Of a DNA stretch of 64,000 nucleotides, positions 17,872 through 28,362 are shown piece by piece; positions within the stretch are counted from its first letter, which is position 1; each line of letters opens with the position of its first letter. This DNA comes from an uncultured Peptococcaceae bacterium (GTDB lineage Bacteria; Bacillota; Dehalobacteriia; UBA4068; UBA4997), in contig CALCQI010000025.1 of the NCBI GenBank assembly GCA_937897635.1, forward strand, positions 53,749 through 117,748, read 5' to 3'. The translations under genes were made by a program, and so were the position numbers. Below the pieces are notes generated by a model that saw only the letters and a program-made list of their open reading frames with translations, did no database searches and was not told where the DNA came from.

Positions 17872-20800
17872 TTATTTAGGCAATTTTAAAACCACATTAT
17901 TAGCACCCCATTTTTCTTTTAAAAAGGGTATAACATCTGTGGAAGTGGTTGCCAAAGGTGCTATTTGATAACGTTTGGCATCGTTGAAATACAAAAACAC
18001 CTGTATATTTCCGTTGTAACCTGATATGTCCTCTTTCACCTGCGGCAGAGCCTGCTTACCATCTACCCTTATAAAAAGCTTGGCCGGGTTTGCCTCCGCT
18101 TCCGCTTTTTTGGCTTTGCCGTTACCGTTATAAGTTTTGGCACCACCATTGCCGTTATAAGATTTTTTAGCAGCTTCATCCTTTTTAACAGGGGACTTGG
18201 TACCCTTAGGTACATCTATAAGCTCCAGCTTATCCAAGTTATGCACCACATCCACCAGCAGGTTTACATTTTCATCCTCTACCTTGGCTTTAGCCTCCAA
18301 AAACACCAGGCTGTTATTGTGGATATTCGCCCTGTAATTATCATAAGCGTAAGGGAAAGCCACACAACGGATACTGCCGTACCAATCCTCCAAATTAAAG
18401 ATGGCCATATTATCGCCTTTTCGTGTGATCTTAATTTGGCACTGATTGATGATACCCGCAATTTTAACGGTTTTCATATTGGCAAGCCCTGCTAAATCAC
18501 GGGTACGGTGAGTAGCTATTTTATCTAAAAGTTCTTTATAAGCATTAAGAGGGTGCCCGCTTACATAAAAACCTATGGTTTCTTTTTCCATAGCCAGCAT
18601 TTCCATAAGCGAATATTCTTCAATAAGCGGTAAATCTATTTCCACTTCACGGGATTCCGTCATCCCAAAATCAAATAAGGACATCTGCATGGATTCTTTT
18701 TCCAAAGCATATTGCTTGCCCATTTCAATAGCACTTTCATAAACAGCCATTAATTGTGAGCGTTTGGCACCCAGGCAATCCATGGCACCGGCCTTGATGA
18801 AATTTTCTATCAGCTTTTTGTTAAGCTTGAGCCTGCGGCAGGTATCACTGATAGATTTATAGGGACCGTTCGTTTCGCGTTCCGCAATTATATCATCTAC
18901 AGCATCCCTACCTACATTTTTGATGGCAGCCAGGCCAAAGCGTATTTTACCTTCAACTACCGTAAAATCACGGTAACTTTCGTTAAGGTCGGGCGGCAGT
19001 ATATCTATTTTCATCCTGTTGCATTCGTCTAAATAATCCGTTACTTTATCCGCATTATCAATAAAGCTGGTAAGCATAGCGGCCATATATTCAGCGGGAT
19101 AATGCGCCCGAAGCCAGGCAGTTTGATAAGATACCACGCCATAAGCCGCAGAGTGGCTCTTATTAAAGCCGTAACCTGCGAATTTTTCCATCAAATCAAA
19201 AATATCGCCTGCAGTTTTGGCATCTATATTGTTTTTAGCGCAACCCTCCAAAAACTGGCCGCGTTTTTTGGCAAGCACATCCGCCTTTTTTTTGCCCATG
19301 GCTCGGCGCAATTCATCCGCTTGGCCAAGGCTGAAACCGCCCAACTTGCTGGCAGTTTGCATTACCTGCTCCTGATACAGCATTACCCCATAGGTTTCCT
19401 GCAAAACGCTTTCCAGCATAGGATGCAGGTATTCCACCTTCTGCCTGCCATGCTTGCGGTCTATGTAATCACCCACCATGCCACTTTCCAAAGGACCGGG
19501 GCGGTAAAGCGCAACCATAGCTATAATATCCTCAATGCGCTCGGGCTGCAAACGCCTTAAATAAGAGCGCATGCCTTCACTTTCAAGCTGGAATACCCCA
19601 CCTGTATCGGCGTTTGAGAGCATATCAAAAGTGGCCTTATCATCCATGGGGATGTTGTCTATATCTATTTCCACGCCGCAGCTTTTTTTGATATTGGCCA
19701 CAGCATCGCCGATGACCGTCAAAGTGCGCAGGCCCAAAATATCCATTTTTAAAAGGCCTTGTTCCTCCACCTGCTCTTTTTCGAACTGGGTGGTTACAAT
19801 ACCATCGCCAAGTTTTTGCACGGGCATGAAGTTCACTATATCATCCGGCGCTATTACTACACCTGCGGCATGTGTACCCGCATGGCGAGGCATACCTTCC
19901 AACGCTTTGGAATAGTCTATCAACTCCTTGATTATATCTTCGCTTAGATAAAGCTCCCTTAATTCAGTTGAGGTATCCAGCGCCTTTTGAATGGTCATTT
20001 TTAAATCCGCAGGGATGAGCTTGGCTATTTTATCTGCCTGGGCATAGGGTATATTAAGGGCACGCGCCACATCACGCACCACCATTTTAGCTTTCATTGT
20101 ACCAAAGGTGATGATTTGCCCTACCCTGCTTTCACCATAATTTCTTACCAAATAATCTATGACTTCACCACGGCGCACATAACAAAAGTCCGTATCTATA
20201 TCCGGCATGGATACACGTTCCGGGTTCAAAAAACGCTCAAAAATAAGGCCGTAATGAATGGGGTCTATATTGGTTATACCAAGTGTATAGGCAACCAAAC
20301 TGCCAGCAGCACTGCCACGGCCGGGGCCTACCAAAATACCGTTGGTATGGCAATAATTAACTAAATCCCAAACCACCAAAAAATAGCCGGGGAACTGCAT
20401 ATCACAAATAACGCCCAGCTCATAATCCAGCCTTTGCTGTAACTCAGGCGTTATTTCAGAGTAACGTTCTGCCAAACCCTTTTGACATAATTCTCTTAAG
20501 TAACTGGCATCATCATGCCCGGCAGGCACTTTAGTTTTGGGCAGGGATACTTTTTTGCCGTCCAAATTAATATTACAGCGCTCGGCAATTTTTACCGTAT
20601 TATCCAAGGCTTCTGGGTACTCACCAAACAAAGCCTCCATTTCTTCCCTGCTTTTTAAATAAAATTGATCAGAAGGAAAGGACATCCTTTCTTCATCCTC
20701 TTTGGTTTTGCCCATTTGCACGCACAATAAAATATCGTGAAAGCTTGCATCCTCTTTATTAATGTAATGTATATCATTCGTAGCTACAAGCGGTATATCC

Positions 20801-21414
20801 AAATCCCTTGCCAACTTTACCAACAAAGGGTTTGTCCAAACTTGCTCCTCGATACCATGGTTTTGCAGTTCAATAAAATAATTGCCTTCACCAAAAATTT
20901 CTTTGTATTCTTTAGCTACTCTGTAGGCTTCCTCATTATTGTGTTCCAAAAAATTCTGCAAAACTTCACCTGCCAAACAAGCGGAAAGCGCAATTAAACC
21001 TTTATGGTATTTTTTCAGCAATTCCAAGTCTACTCTGGGTTTATAATAAAAGCCTTCCAAAAAGGCATAAGAAACCAGCTTGCACAGGTTTTGGTAGCCT
21101 TCCTGATTTTCACACAGTAATACCAAGTGATAGGCAGCATTATCCAGCCCCGCCTCTTTGTCAAAACGGCTTCTTGGTGCTACATAAACCTCACAGCCTA
21201 TAATGGGCTTGATACCCTCTTTGATAGCTGCATTATAAAGGTTCAAAACCCCATACATAACACCGTGATCCGTAATTGCTACGGCGGGCATATCCAGCTC
21301 CTTGGCTCTTTTGACCAGTTTTTTTACTCTGGCCGCGCCATCCAAAAGGCTGTACTCCGTGTGATTATGTAAATGTACAAAAGGCGCATGTTTTTTTATT
21401 TCCATTTCTGTCAT
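17872..21414 (-). CDS. dnaE: DNA polymerase III alpha subunit (DnaE-type).
   Basis: 1180 aa with an N-terminal PHP domain ('FVHLHNHTEYSLLDGA') and a polymerase core. A low-complexity YNGNG insert lies near the C-terminus. Confidence 0.95.
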   Translation of the reverse strand: MTEMEIKKHAPFVHLHNHTEYSLLDGAARVKKLVKRAKELDMPAVAITDHGVMYGVLNLYNAAIKEGIKPIIGCEVYVAPRSRFDKEAGLDNAAYHLVLLCENQEGYQNLCKLVSYAFLEGFYYKPRVDLELLKKYHKGLIALSACLAGEVLQNFLEHNNEEAYRVAKEYKEIFGEGNYFIELQNHGIEEQVWTNPLLVKLARDLDIPLVATNDIHYINKEDASFHDILLCVQMGKTKEDEERMSFPSDQFYLKSREEMEALFGEYPEALDNTVKIAERCNINLDGKKVSLPKTKVPAGHDDASYLRELCQKGLAERYSEITPELQQRLDYELGVICDMQFPGYFLVVWDLVNYCHTNGILVGPGRGSAAGSLVAYTLGITNIDPIHYGLIFERFLNPERVSMPDIDTDFCYVRRGEVIDYLVRNYGESRVGQIITFGTMKAKMVVRDVARALNIPYAQADKIAKLIPADLKMTIQKALDTSTELRELYLSEDIIKELIDYSKALEGMPRHAGTHAAGVVIAPDDIVNFMPVQKLGDGIVTTQFEKEQVEEQGLLKMDILGLRTLTVIGDAVANIKKSCGVEIDIDNIPMDDKATFDMLSNADTGGVFQLESEGMRSYLRRLQPERIEDIIAMVALYRPGPLESGMVGDYIDRKHGRQKVEYLHPMLESVLQETYGVMLYQEQVMQTASKLGGFSLGQADELRRAMGKKKADVLAKKRGQFLEGCAKNNIDAKTAGDIFDLMEKFAGYGFNKSHSAAYGVVSYQTAWLRAHYPAEYMAAMLTSFIDNADKVTDYLDECNRMKIDILPPDLNESYRDFTVVEGKIRFGLAAIKNVGRDAVDDIIAERETNGPYKSISDTCRRLKLNKKLIENFIKAGAMDCLGAKRSQLMAVYESAIEMGKQYALEKESMQMSLFDFGMTESREVEIDLPLIEEYSLMEMLAMEKETIGFYVSGHPLNAYKELLDKIATHRTRDLAGLANMKTVKIAGIINQCQIKITRKGDNMAIFNLEDWYGSIRCVAFPYAYDNYRANIHNNSLVFLEAKAKVEDENVNLLVDVVHNLDKLELIDVPKGTKSPVKKDEAAKKSYNGNGGAKTYNGNGKAKKAEAEANPAKLFIRVDGKQALPQVKEDISGYNGNIQVFLYFNDAKRYQIAPLATTSTDVIPFLKEKWGANNVVLKLPK

Positions 21415-22121
21415 TTGCTTGCCCCTTTCATGCGTTCCAACAAACCCCGTTCCATAAAACTCATATAAACATCACCCGCAACGATGATATGATCCAAAAC
21501 CGGTATATTTACAGTTTTTAAGGCTGCTATAGAGGCTGCCGTTAATTCCAAGTCTGAAAATGTTGCCTTAAGATTGCCGCCCGGATGATTGTGCGCCAAA
21601 ATAACTGCTCTGGCTTTATACTTTAAGGCGGCTTCCACAACCTTGGAAGGATACACTATAACCTCTCCCACTGTACCTTCAGATAATAGCTTTGCCATAT
21701 TCACCTGATTTTTGCTGTTCATGCATATAACAAAAAAGCACTCTTTAGTACGTCCCACAAAAAGGGTCTTAACATAGGGTACCAGTTCCGAAAGATTAGA
21801 ATAAGACTTTTGTTCACGCCAGCGGTTGGCAAAATAATAGCGTGTGAGCTGAGGTATAAAAGTAAGCAGGCTGGCCGTATTAGCACCTACGCCCGCCTGC
21901 TCCTGCAAATCATGATAATCTGCTTCCAAAACCCCCGCCAAAGAACCGTAATGAGAAAGCAAGCGGTGAGCCAAAGCATTGGTATCCTTGTAGGGAATGG
22001 CATAATAAAGCAAAAGCTCTAAAACCTCGTGCTCAGCAAAACTGTCAAGCCCTTGTTCCAAAAGCTTTTGTTTTAATCTGCTGCGATGTCCTTCGTGCAA
22101 ATTAACTTTAGTTATAGCCAA
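21411..22121 (-). CDS. radC: RadC-like JAB/MPN domain protein.
   Basis: An HhH N-terminal region and the 'ILAHNHPGGNLKATFSDLELT' JAMM motif. Confidence 0.85.
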   Translation of the reverse strand: MAITKVNLHEGHRSRLKQKLLEQGLDSFAEHEVLELLLYYAIPYKDTNALAHRLLSHYGSLAGVLEADYHDLQEQAGVGANTASLLTFIPQLTRYYFANRWREQKSYSNLSELVPYVKTLFVGRTKECFFVICMNSKNQVNMAKLLSEGTVGEVIVYPSKVVEAALKYKARAVILAHNHPGGNLKATFSDLELTAASIAALKTVNIPVLDHIIVAGDVYMSFMERGLLERMKGASK

Positions 22122-22237
22122 TCTCCACCTTTATGTATTGCTTATTGATGTATTGATTATTGATAGCTTCCTTTATATTTGTTTAAATTATTTATATTAA
22201 TAAAGCCGATACGCTGCTATACATGCACAAGCAAACC

Positions 22238-23179
22238 TTACACACTTGTTTCTGAACTACTGTCATCCGGTTCGGGGTTTTCTTCAATATCATTAAAAAG
22301 CAGTGGTATCAGCTCCGCCATTTTAGCTTCATCTATTTCCCAATAGCTGATGCCGCCGTAATTGGCGAAATCTCCCGGCATCACTTCAGTACGTAAAGCC
22401 TCCGCCATATTGATACCGGCAAAGTTTTTGGCAAGCAGCAATAATTTAGCGGTAGTTAAATCAGTTTCCATGGCATTCATTACAGCTGGCAAAAGTGTAG
22501 GTAATTTAGCTACATTCTGAGGTTCCAGCATTTTTTCCATTACAGCCTTCATAAAGATTTGCTGCCTGCCCGCGCGAGCTATATCGCCCATGGCATCATG
22601 CCGGTAACGTACATAACCTAAAGCATTTTCCCCGTTTAAGGTTTGCAGGCCTTCCTGCAAATCTATAGTACCGTAATCGGTATGATAATACATACGCTTG
22701 TCCACATCTATTTCAATACCACCCAAAACATCGATTATTTCTTCAAAACCTTGGAAATCTGTAATTGCATAATAATCGATGGGGACTTTAAGTAAATTTT
22801 CCACAGTTTGAATGGTTAAATCCAAACCGCCGCGAGCAAAAGCATGGTTGATTTTATCCTTACCGTCTTTACCGGGTATTTCCACACGGCTGTCCCTGGG
22901 AATAGAAAGCACATTAACCTTTTTGTTTTTCAAATCTAGGCTGAATACCATAATACTATCACTGCGGCCGCTGTAATCTTCGGCACGGCTGTCGGTACCC
23001 AATACTAAAACATTGATACGGTTTTTGCTTACTAAATAGTCTTCCGCTACCTGACTGCGGTTCGGAACCAAAATCATCCTATCCATACCAGACCATAAAA
23101 AAACACCTACTACCGCTGCAATCAAAAGGATAATAACCGCCGATAGGCAACCCTTTTTTTTGCGGGTTTTTGATTTCAT
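22238..23179 (-). CDS. LytR-CpsA-Psr (LCP) family cell-wall polymer transferase.
   Basis: N-terminal TM helix; 'NVLVLGTDSR…SDSIMVFSLD…LSIPRDSRVEIPG…INHAF' LCP core. Confidence 0.85.
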   Translation of the reverse strand: MKSKTRKKKGCLSAVIILLIAAVVGVFLWSGMDRMILVPNRSQVAEDYLVSKNRINVLVLGTDSRAEDYSGRSDSIMVFSLDLKNKKVNVLSIPRDSRVEIPGKDGKDKINHAFARGGLDLTIQTVENLLKVPIDYYAITDFQGFEEIIDVLGGIEIDVDKRMYYHTDYGTIDLQEGLQTLNGENALGYVRYRHDAMGDIARAGRQQIFMKAVMEKMLEPQNVAKLPTLLPAVMNAMETDLTTAKLLLLAKNFAGINMAEALRTEVMPGDFANYGGISYWEIDEAKMAELIPLLFNDIEENPEPDDSSSETSV

Positions 23180-23266
23180 TGTAATTTACCACCTTTTTAG
23201 TGCTTAATTTAATGCTTTTAACAAGCCAAAATATTATAACACATTTGGTGGCAATTGTATATTATT

Positions 23267-23533
23267 TTAATATTCTACCCCTTCATCCTGCAAAGCAATA
23301 ATACGCTTGTTCTTTTCCATAATACTTGCTATATAGCAGGCATTATGGCGTTTTAATTCCTTATTGGAGCGCGTCAGCTCGGCAACCTGGATTTTGCGTT
23401 CCAGTTCGGCTTGCTCCAATATGCGCAGCAGCACTCTTCTGCTCAAACGCATTTGCTCCAAACGTTCTTCTAAAGTATTTACTCTTTCACGCCAGAAAAT
23501 TTCTCTGCCGTTTTCCATTAGTTTTTGTTCCAT
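23267..23533 (-). CDS. Small coiled-coil protein, function unknown.
   Basis: 88 aa, Arg/Glu/Leu-rich heptad-like sequence; no recognisable family. Confidence 0.35.
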   Translation of the reverse strand: MEQKLMENGREIFWRERVNTLEERLEQMRLSRRVLLRILEQAELERKIQVAELTRSNKELKRHNACYIASIMEKNKRIIALQDEGVEY

Positions 23534-23587
23534 ACAGGGCCTCCTAAAGCTTATTCACCATATAGTATATTCAGTATGACCCTGTTT

Positions 23588-24388
23588 TCATACGTTTTTA
23601 TTTTGTAAAATTGCTTTTACTGTTTCAATTGGCGTGGTAATTATGCCCAGCCTATCCCCATGGCAGTCTGAGCCGCCTGTTTTGTAGATACCATACTTAT
23701 CTGCCAGCTTTTCATAATGCACAATATCCTCCAAGTTATGGTTAGGATGGTTTATTTCCAGCCCGCCCAAACCCATTTCAACCATTTTGGGTATATATCT
23801 ATCCGCCTTGGCAATACCGGGATGAGCCATTACAGCCACACCGCCTGCCTGCTGTACCACGGCAATAGCTTTTTCAGGGCTTAATTTTGGACGTACCACA
23901 TAGGCCCTACCTTCCCTGCCCAGCCAATCAGAAAAAACCTCGCTCATGCTTCGGCAATAGCCTTCTTGAACCATTAAACGTGCTATATGGGCTCGCCCGA
24001 TTACACCTTTGCCCATTGCCTTTAATTTTTTCTCATCCAAAAATACCTTGTATTCTTTTAATTTAGCCAGTATTTTGGCAAGCCTTATTTCCCTTTCCTG
24101 CTGCAATTTTTGTAATTGCTCATGTAAATAAGAACTTTGATGATCTATACCATAGCCCAGGATATGTATCTCCCTTTCCTGCCATTCACTGCTTATTTCA
24201 ATGGCGGGAACCAACAAAAAATTTTTCCCCTTCACATATGCTATAGCAGGTGCCAGTGCCGCTACCGTATCATGGTCGCTGATTGCCATACCTTCAAGAC
24301 CGCTTTCCATAGCTAAATTTATTAAATAAAACGCATCAAAAATACCGTCCGACGCGGTTGTATGAACATGCATATCTACACCAGCCAA
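23588..24388 (-). CDS. PHP-domain metal-dependent phosphoesterase. Start is probably the TTG at 24388 (RBS GGGGAG) or the ATG at 24373.
   Basis: 'MHVHTTASDG…ISDHDT' PHP motifs. Confidence 0.75.
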   Translation of the reverse strand: MAGVDMHVHTTASDGIFDAFYLINLAMESGLEGMAISDHDTVAALAPAIAYVKGKNFLLVPAIEISSEWQEREIHILGYGIDHQSSYLHEQLQKLQQEREIRLAKILAKLKEYKVFLDEKKLKAMGKGVIGRAHIARLMVQEGYCRSMSEVFSDWLGREGRAYVVRPKLSPEKAIAVVQQAGGVAVMAHPGIAKADRYIPKMVEMGLGGLEINHPNHNLEDIVHYEKLADKYGIYKTGGSDCHGDRLGIITTPIETVKAILQNKNV

Positions 24389-24419
24389 AATATACTCCCC
24401 TTTCAAGATTTATATAAAC

Positions 24420-25334
24420 TCAATAGGGTAAATTATCCCGCAAAAAACGGTACCAGTTGCCGCCCATTATTTTAGCAACAGCGGCCTCTGCATAGCCTTT
24501 TTGGCTTAATGCCTCCGCTAATTTAGGCAAATCCTGTACTCCATTCATGCCTCCAGGCAATTCATCTATACCGTCAAAATCCGAACCTAAGCCAACCTGT
24601 TCCAAACCTGCTATATTAACTGCATGATGAATATGTTCCACTATATCCTCTATGTTAGCTGTACTGCCCTTTAAAAATTCAGGGTAAAAATTGATACCGC
24701 AAATACCACCTTTTTCCGCCAAAAGCCTAAGTTGCTCATTTGTTAAATTACGTCTGTGCTCATGTAGGCTAAAACAGCAGCTATGGCTGACCATAACAGG
24801 CTTTTTGCTAGTTTTTATCACTTCCCTAAAGGTTTTTGGGGAAGCGTGCGCCAAATCGATAATCATATCCAGTTCATTGAGTTTTTCTATAAGCACGTAG
24901 CCTGCTTCCGTCAAACCGCTGTTATTGCCGCCGCAGCCGCCTGCCGCCCAATTATCATTGTTCCAGGTAAGCCCTGCTGCACGAAAACCTATATCAAAAA
25001 AAATCTCCGCCAATTCAGGTCTACCCAGAAGCACTTCCACACCCTCAAGGCTCATTAAAGCCAGCACCTTGTTTTTAGCTAAATCGCTCTTTTTTAGAAG
25101 CAGGTCGGTAAATTCACAGTTATTAACAATTTGTTTGAAAAGAGCTGCTTTTACCAGCATTTCCTCCAAAAGTTTAGCTTTATATTTTCTTTCATTCAAA
25201 AAAAAAGCAAAAATTTGAGCCTTATGGTTTGCCGTTAAACGCAAAAAATCCAATTGCCCTGCGGAACCCGTAATAAGCTTTTGAGGGTTTGGCAATACCG
25301 CGCTATCACAATGTCCATCTATAAAAAAAGCCAT
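24420..25334 (-). CDS. Membrane dipeptidase (M19 / renal dipeptidase family).
   Basis: 'FIDGHCD', 'IDLAHAS', 'VSHS' and 'GLGSDFDG' motifs. GGAGG is 8 nt upstream of the ATG at 25334. Confidence 0.85.
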   Translation of the reverse strand: MAFFIDGHCDSAVLPNPQKLITGSAGQLDFLRLTANHKAQIFAFFLNERKYKAKLLEEMLVKAALFKQIVNNCEFTDLLLKKSDLAKNKVLALMSLEGVEVLLGRPELAEIFFDIGFRAAGLTWNNDNWAAGGCGGNNSGLTEAGYVLIEKLNELDMIIDLAHASPKTFREVIKTSKKPVMVSHSCCFSLHEHRRNLTNEQLRLLAEKGGICGINFYPEFLKGSTANIEDIVEHIHHAVNIAGLEQVGLGSDFDGIDELPGGMNGVQDLPKLAEALSQKGYAEAAVAKIMGGNWYRFLRDNLPY

Positions 25335-25370
25335 ATAGCACACCTCCTGTGCTATATATATGCGCTTTTT

Positions 25371-26162
25371 TTAAATTAAAGTATCTTCAATATTCAAGGC
25401 ATAAATTTCTTTTGCGCTACCACTTTCAGCCAAATCCACAACTACCGCGTTAAAAATTTGCTCCGGCCCTGCAGCCACATGGAAGCGAGTGGGGCGACCG
25501 GTTAAAAACCGTTCGATGATAGGCGCGGTATCCACCCCCAAACAGGAATCCCTGGGGCCTGTCATGCCCGTATCTGTTATATAAGCGGTACCCCTTGGCA
25601 AAATACGGGCGTCATTGGTTTGCACATGGGTATGAGTACCCAAAACCGCGGAGACTCTGCCATCCAAATAATAGGCCAAAGCAATTTTTTCCGAAGTTGC
25701 CTCAGCATGAAAATCCACAATAATATACGGCGTAATCTGCTCTATTTCTTTAATGAGCTTATCCATGGCCCGAAACGGACAATCAGCAGGCGGTATACCA
25801 ATATATACCCTGCCCAACAAATTGACCACGGCTACTTTTTTATCACCGCAGGGCAAAACAGTATAGCCTCTGCCCGGAGTATTTTCAGGCAAATTATAAG
25901 GCCTTATCAAGCGTTCGCTTTTAGCTATTATATTAAAAATATCTTTATTGTCCCAGGTATGGTTGCCCATAGTAATGGCATCTATGCCCAAATCCATAAA
26001 CAAATTATAGGCTTTGCTGTGTATGCCCGTGCCGCCTGCAGAATTTTCCCCGTTCACTACCGTAAAATCTATATTATGTTCCCACTGTACCTTGGCCAAA
26101 ACATGTTCCAGCATTTTACGGCCAGGGCTGCCGCTTATATCCCCTACGAATAGTATTTTCAT
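25371..26162 (-). CDS. ymdB: YmdB-like metallophosphoesterase (TIGR00282 family, 2',3'-cAMP phosphodiesterase-like).
   Basis: 'MKILFVGDISGSPGR…VVNGEN' calcineurin-like N-terminus. AGGAG RBS. Sits immediately downstream of rny, as in Bacillus. Confidence 0.85.
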   Translation of the reverse strand: MKILFVGDISGSPGRKMLEHVLAKVQWEHNIDFTVVNGENSAGGTGIHSKAYNLFMDLGIDAITMGNHTWDNKDIFNIIAKSERLIRPYNLPENTPGRGYTVLPCGDKKVAVVNLLGRVYIGIPPADCPFRAMDKLIKEIEQITPYIIVDFHAEATSEKIALAYYLDGRVSAVLGTHTHVQTNDARILPRGTAYITDTGMTGPRDSCLGVDTAPIIERFLTGRPTRFHVAAGPEQIFNAVVVDLAESGSAKEIYALNIEDTLI

Positions 26163-26211
26163 AAAAATCTCCTGTCTCATCACATACAAAATCTGTTAAA
26201 ATTATAGCACA

Positions 26212-26240
26212 AAAATAAAAAGGCGGCAAATGCCGCCCCT
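26212..26240 (-). terminator. Hairpin plus T-run between rny and ymdB (intra-operon terminator or attenuator).
   Basis: ggcggc-aaat-gccgcc stem, then ttttt on the minus strand. Confidence 0.45.
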
Positions 26241-26303
26241 TTAAGTATTAACATTTAGTATTTAAATTATTAGAACATATAATCACAAAAAACATTTTGG
26301 TAA

Positions 26304-27845
26304 TTACTTAGCATAATCCATTACTCTGGTTTCACGGATAAGTACTACTTTGATTTGACCGGGATAATCAAGCTCTGCCTCAATACGTTTAACAATATCC
26401 CTGGCCAAGCTTTCGGCAGTAAGGTCTGTAACCTTATCGGGTTTTACCATAATACGAACTTCACGGCCCGCTTGAATAGCATAGGATTTATCCACACCTT
26501 CAAAATCATTGGCTATTTTTTCTAATTTTTCCATACGTTTGATATAGGATTCCAAGGTATCCCTACGAGCACCGGGACGAGCCGCAGAAATAGCATCCGC
26601 CGCCTGTACCAAAGCAGCCTCAACGGTAACAGCCTCTATATCACCATGGTGAGCCATAATACCGTGAATAACTTCCGCCGATTCATGGTATTTTTTAGCA
26701 ACGTCCGCACCGATGGTAACGTGTGGGCCTTCAACTTCATGGTCAATGGCCTTGCCTATATCATGCAGCAAACCTGCACGTTTGGCCAAAGACACATCAA
26801 CACCGAGTTCAGCAGCCATAACACCTGCCAAATGCGAAACTTCTATAGAATGGTTCAAAACATTTTGACCATAGCTGGTACGGAAGTGCAAGCGGCCAAG
26901 CATTCTGATAAGTTCGGGGTGCAAACCGTGCACTCCCGTATCGAAGGTTGCTTGTTCACCCTCTTCGCGTATTCTTTGATCTACCTCTTTTTGGGCTTTT
27001 TCCACCATTTCCTCAATACGAGCGGGGTGAATACGGCCATCGGCAATAAGCTTGGTAAGGGCAACTCTGGCTATTTCCCTACGAACAGGGTCAAAGCCTG
27101 ATAAAATAACGGCTTCCGGAGTATCGTCAATGATAAGATCTATACCTGTTAAGGTTTCAAGGGTACGGATATTGCGCCCCTCACGGCCAATGATACGCCC
27201 TTTCATTTCCTCGTTCGGCAAAGGTACTACAGACACAGTGGTTTCAGCAACGTGGTCTGCGGCTACTCTTTGAATAGCTAAAGTAATGATCTCCCTGGCT
27301 TTCTTTTCACCATCTTCTTTGGCTTTGGCTTGCATTTCCTTAATCAACATGGCAGTTTCGTATTTCATTTCCTCTTCCACGCTTTTCAAGAGCATTTCTT
27401 TCGCTTCCATAGAACTTAAACCTGAAACGTGTTCCAGTTCCGCCTTCTTCTTTTCCTGTAATTCCTGGGTAGCTTTGCGAATATCTTCTATTTCGCCTTC
27501 ACGGCGCAAAATATCCAGTTCTTTCTTTTCAATAGCCTCGATTTTTCTATCCAGGCTTTCTTCTTTTTGCATTATGCGGCGTTCCAAACGCACAACTTCA
27601 TTGCGGCGTTCCTTGTTTTCCTTGTCTGCTTCACTGCGCATGCGGTGTATTTCTTCTTTTGCCTCAACCAACGCTTCACGTTTTTTGGCTTCGGCATCAC
27701 GCTTTGCTTCCAGTAGAATACGGTTAGCTGATTCCGTAGCTGAACCAACTTTGGCTTCGGAAATTTTCTTATAGAAAAAATAACCTGCAACATAACCAAT
27801 TAACATGCCAAGAACAGCAGTTATAATAATGTTTAACCAATCCAT
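26304..27845 (-). CDS. rny: Ribonuclease Y.
   Basis: N-terminal TM helix, coiled coil, KH domain and an HD domain ('[13 protein letters not shown]…LLHDIGK'); 513 aa. Confidence 0.95.
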   Translation of the reverse strand: MDWLNIIITAVLGMLIGYVAGYFFYKKISEAKVGSATESANRILLEAKRDAEAKKREALVEAKEEIHRMRSEADKENKERRNEVVRLERRIMQKEESLDRKIEAIEKKELDILRREGEIEDIRKATQELQEKKKAELEHVSGLSSMEAKEMLLKSVEEEMKYETAMLIKEMQAKAKEDGEKKAREIITLAIQRVAADHVAETTVSVVPLPNEEMKGRIIGREGRNIRTLETLTGIDLIIDDTPEAVILSGFDPVRREIARVALTKLIADGRIHPARIEEMVEKAQKEVDQRIREEGEQATFDTGVHGLHPELIRMLGRLHFRTSYGQNVLNHSIEVSHLAGVMAAELGVDVSLAKRAGLLHDIGKAIDHEVEGPHVTIGADVAKKYHESAEVIHGIMAHHGDIEAVTVEAALVQAADAISAARPGARRDTLESYIKRMEKLEKIANDFEGVDKSYAIQAGREVRIMVKPDKVTDLTAESLARDIVKRIEAELDYPGQIKVVLIRETRVMDYAK

Positions 27846-28286
27846 AGGCTTACCCCCTTTTTAGATTTTTCGTATAATTTTTAATTGATTAAATTTAAGT
27901 GTTATGAAAAAATAAATAGCCGAGCATATGCTCGACTTTTAGAAACCCCCTAAAGGTTATTAATCAGTTATACAGGTATAATAGGGTAATGGAATATTAT
28001 GCTTAATAAAATCTACAAAAACACATACAACAACCCCTGTTAAAACCCATTTTTTTAATGTATTTCATCATATATTTAATGCTATATATGCAAAATTCAT
28101 TGAACTGATTATATTCTAAAAGCCATCTATATAAAATTGCTATTATATCAATAACATATTTATTTTATTATTATTGCAAGGGCTTGTCAAGTAAAAGTCT
28201 GCTTACAAGTGCAGGCCTTAAGCTATAAAAAAGCTTTAGCAGGCTTTTTATAGCTTAAATTTTCAGAAAAATTTTGGCAAAAATAA

Positions 28287-28310
28287 ATGCCCGAACCATA
28301 TTCGGGCATA
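28287..28310. terminator. Rho-independent terminator downstream of recA.
   Basis: atgcccgaa / ttcgggcat 9-bp stem flanked by an A-run and a T-run. Confidence 0.6.
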
Positions 28311-28362
28311 GTTTTTATTACTATTGTTTTTATTTTGCTTATTTTTATTTTATTTGTTTTTA

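Noticed and set aside
23267-23533. Assigning the 88-aa coiled-coil ORF to a named family (YabA, DivIVA-like, etc.)
   Set aside because: Only generic heptad periodicity is visible. No diagnostic motif.
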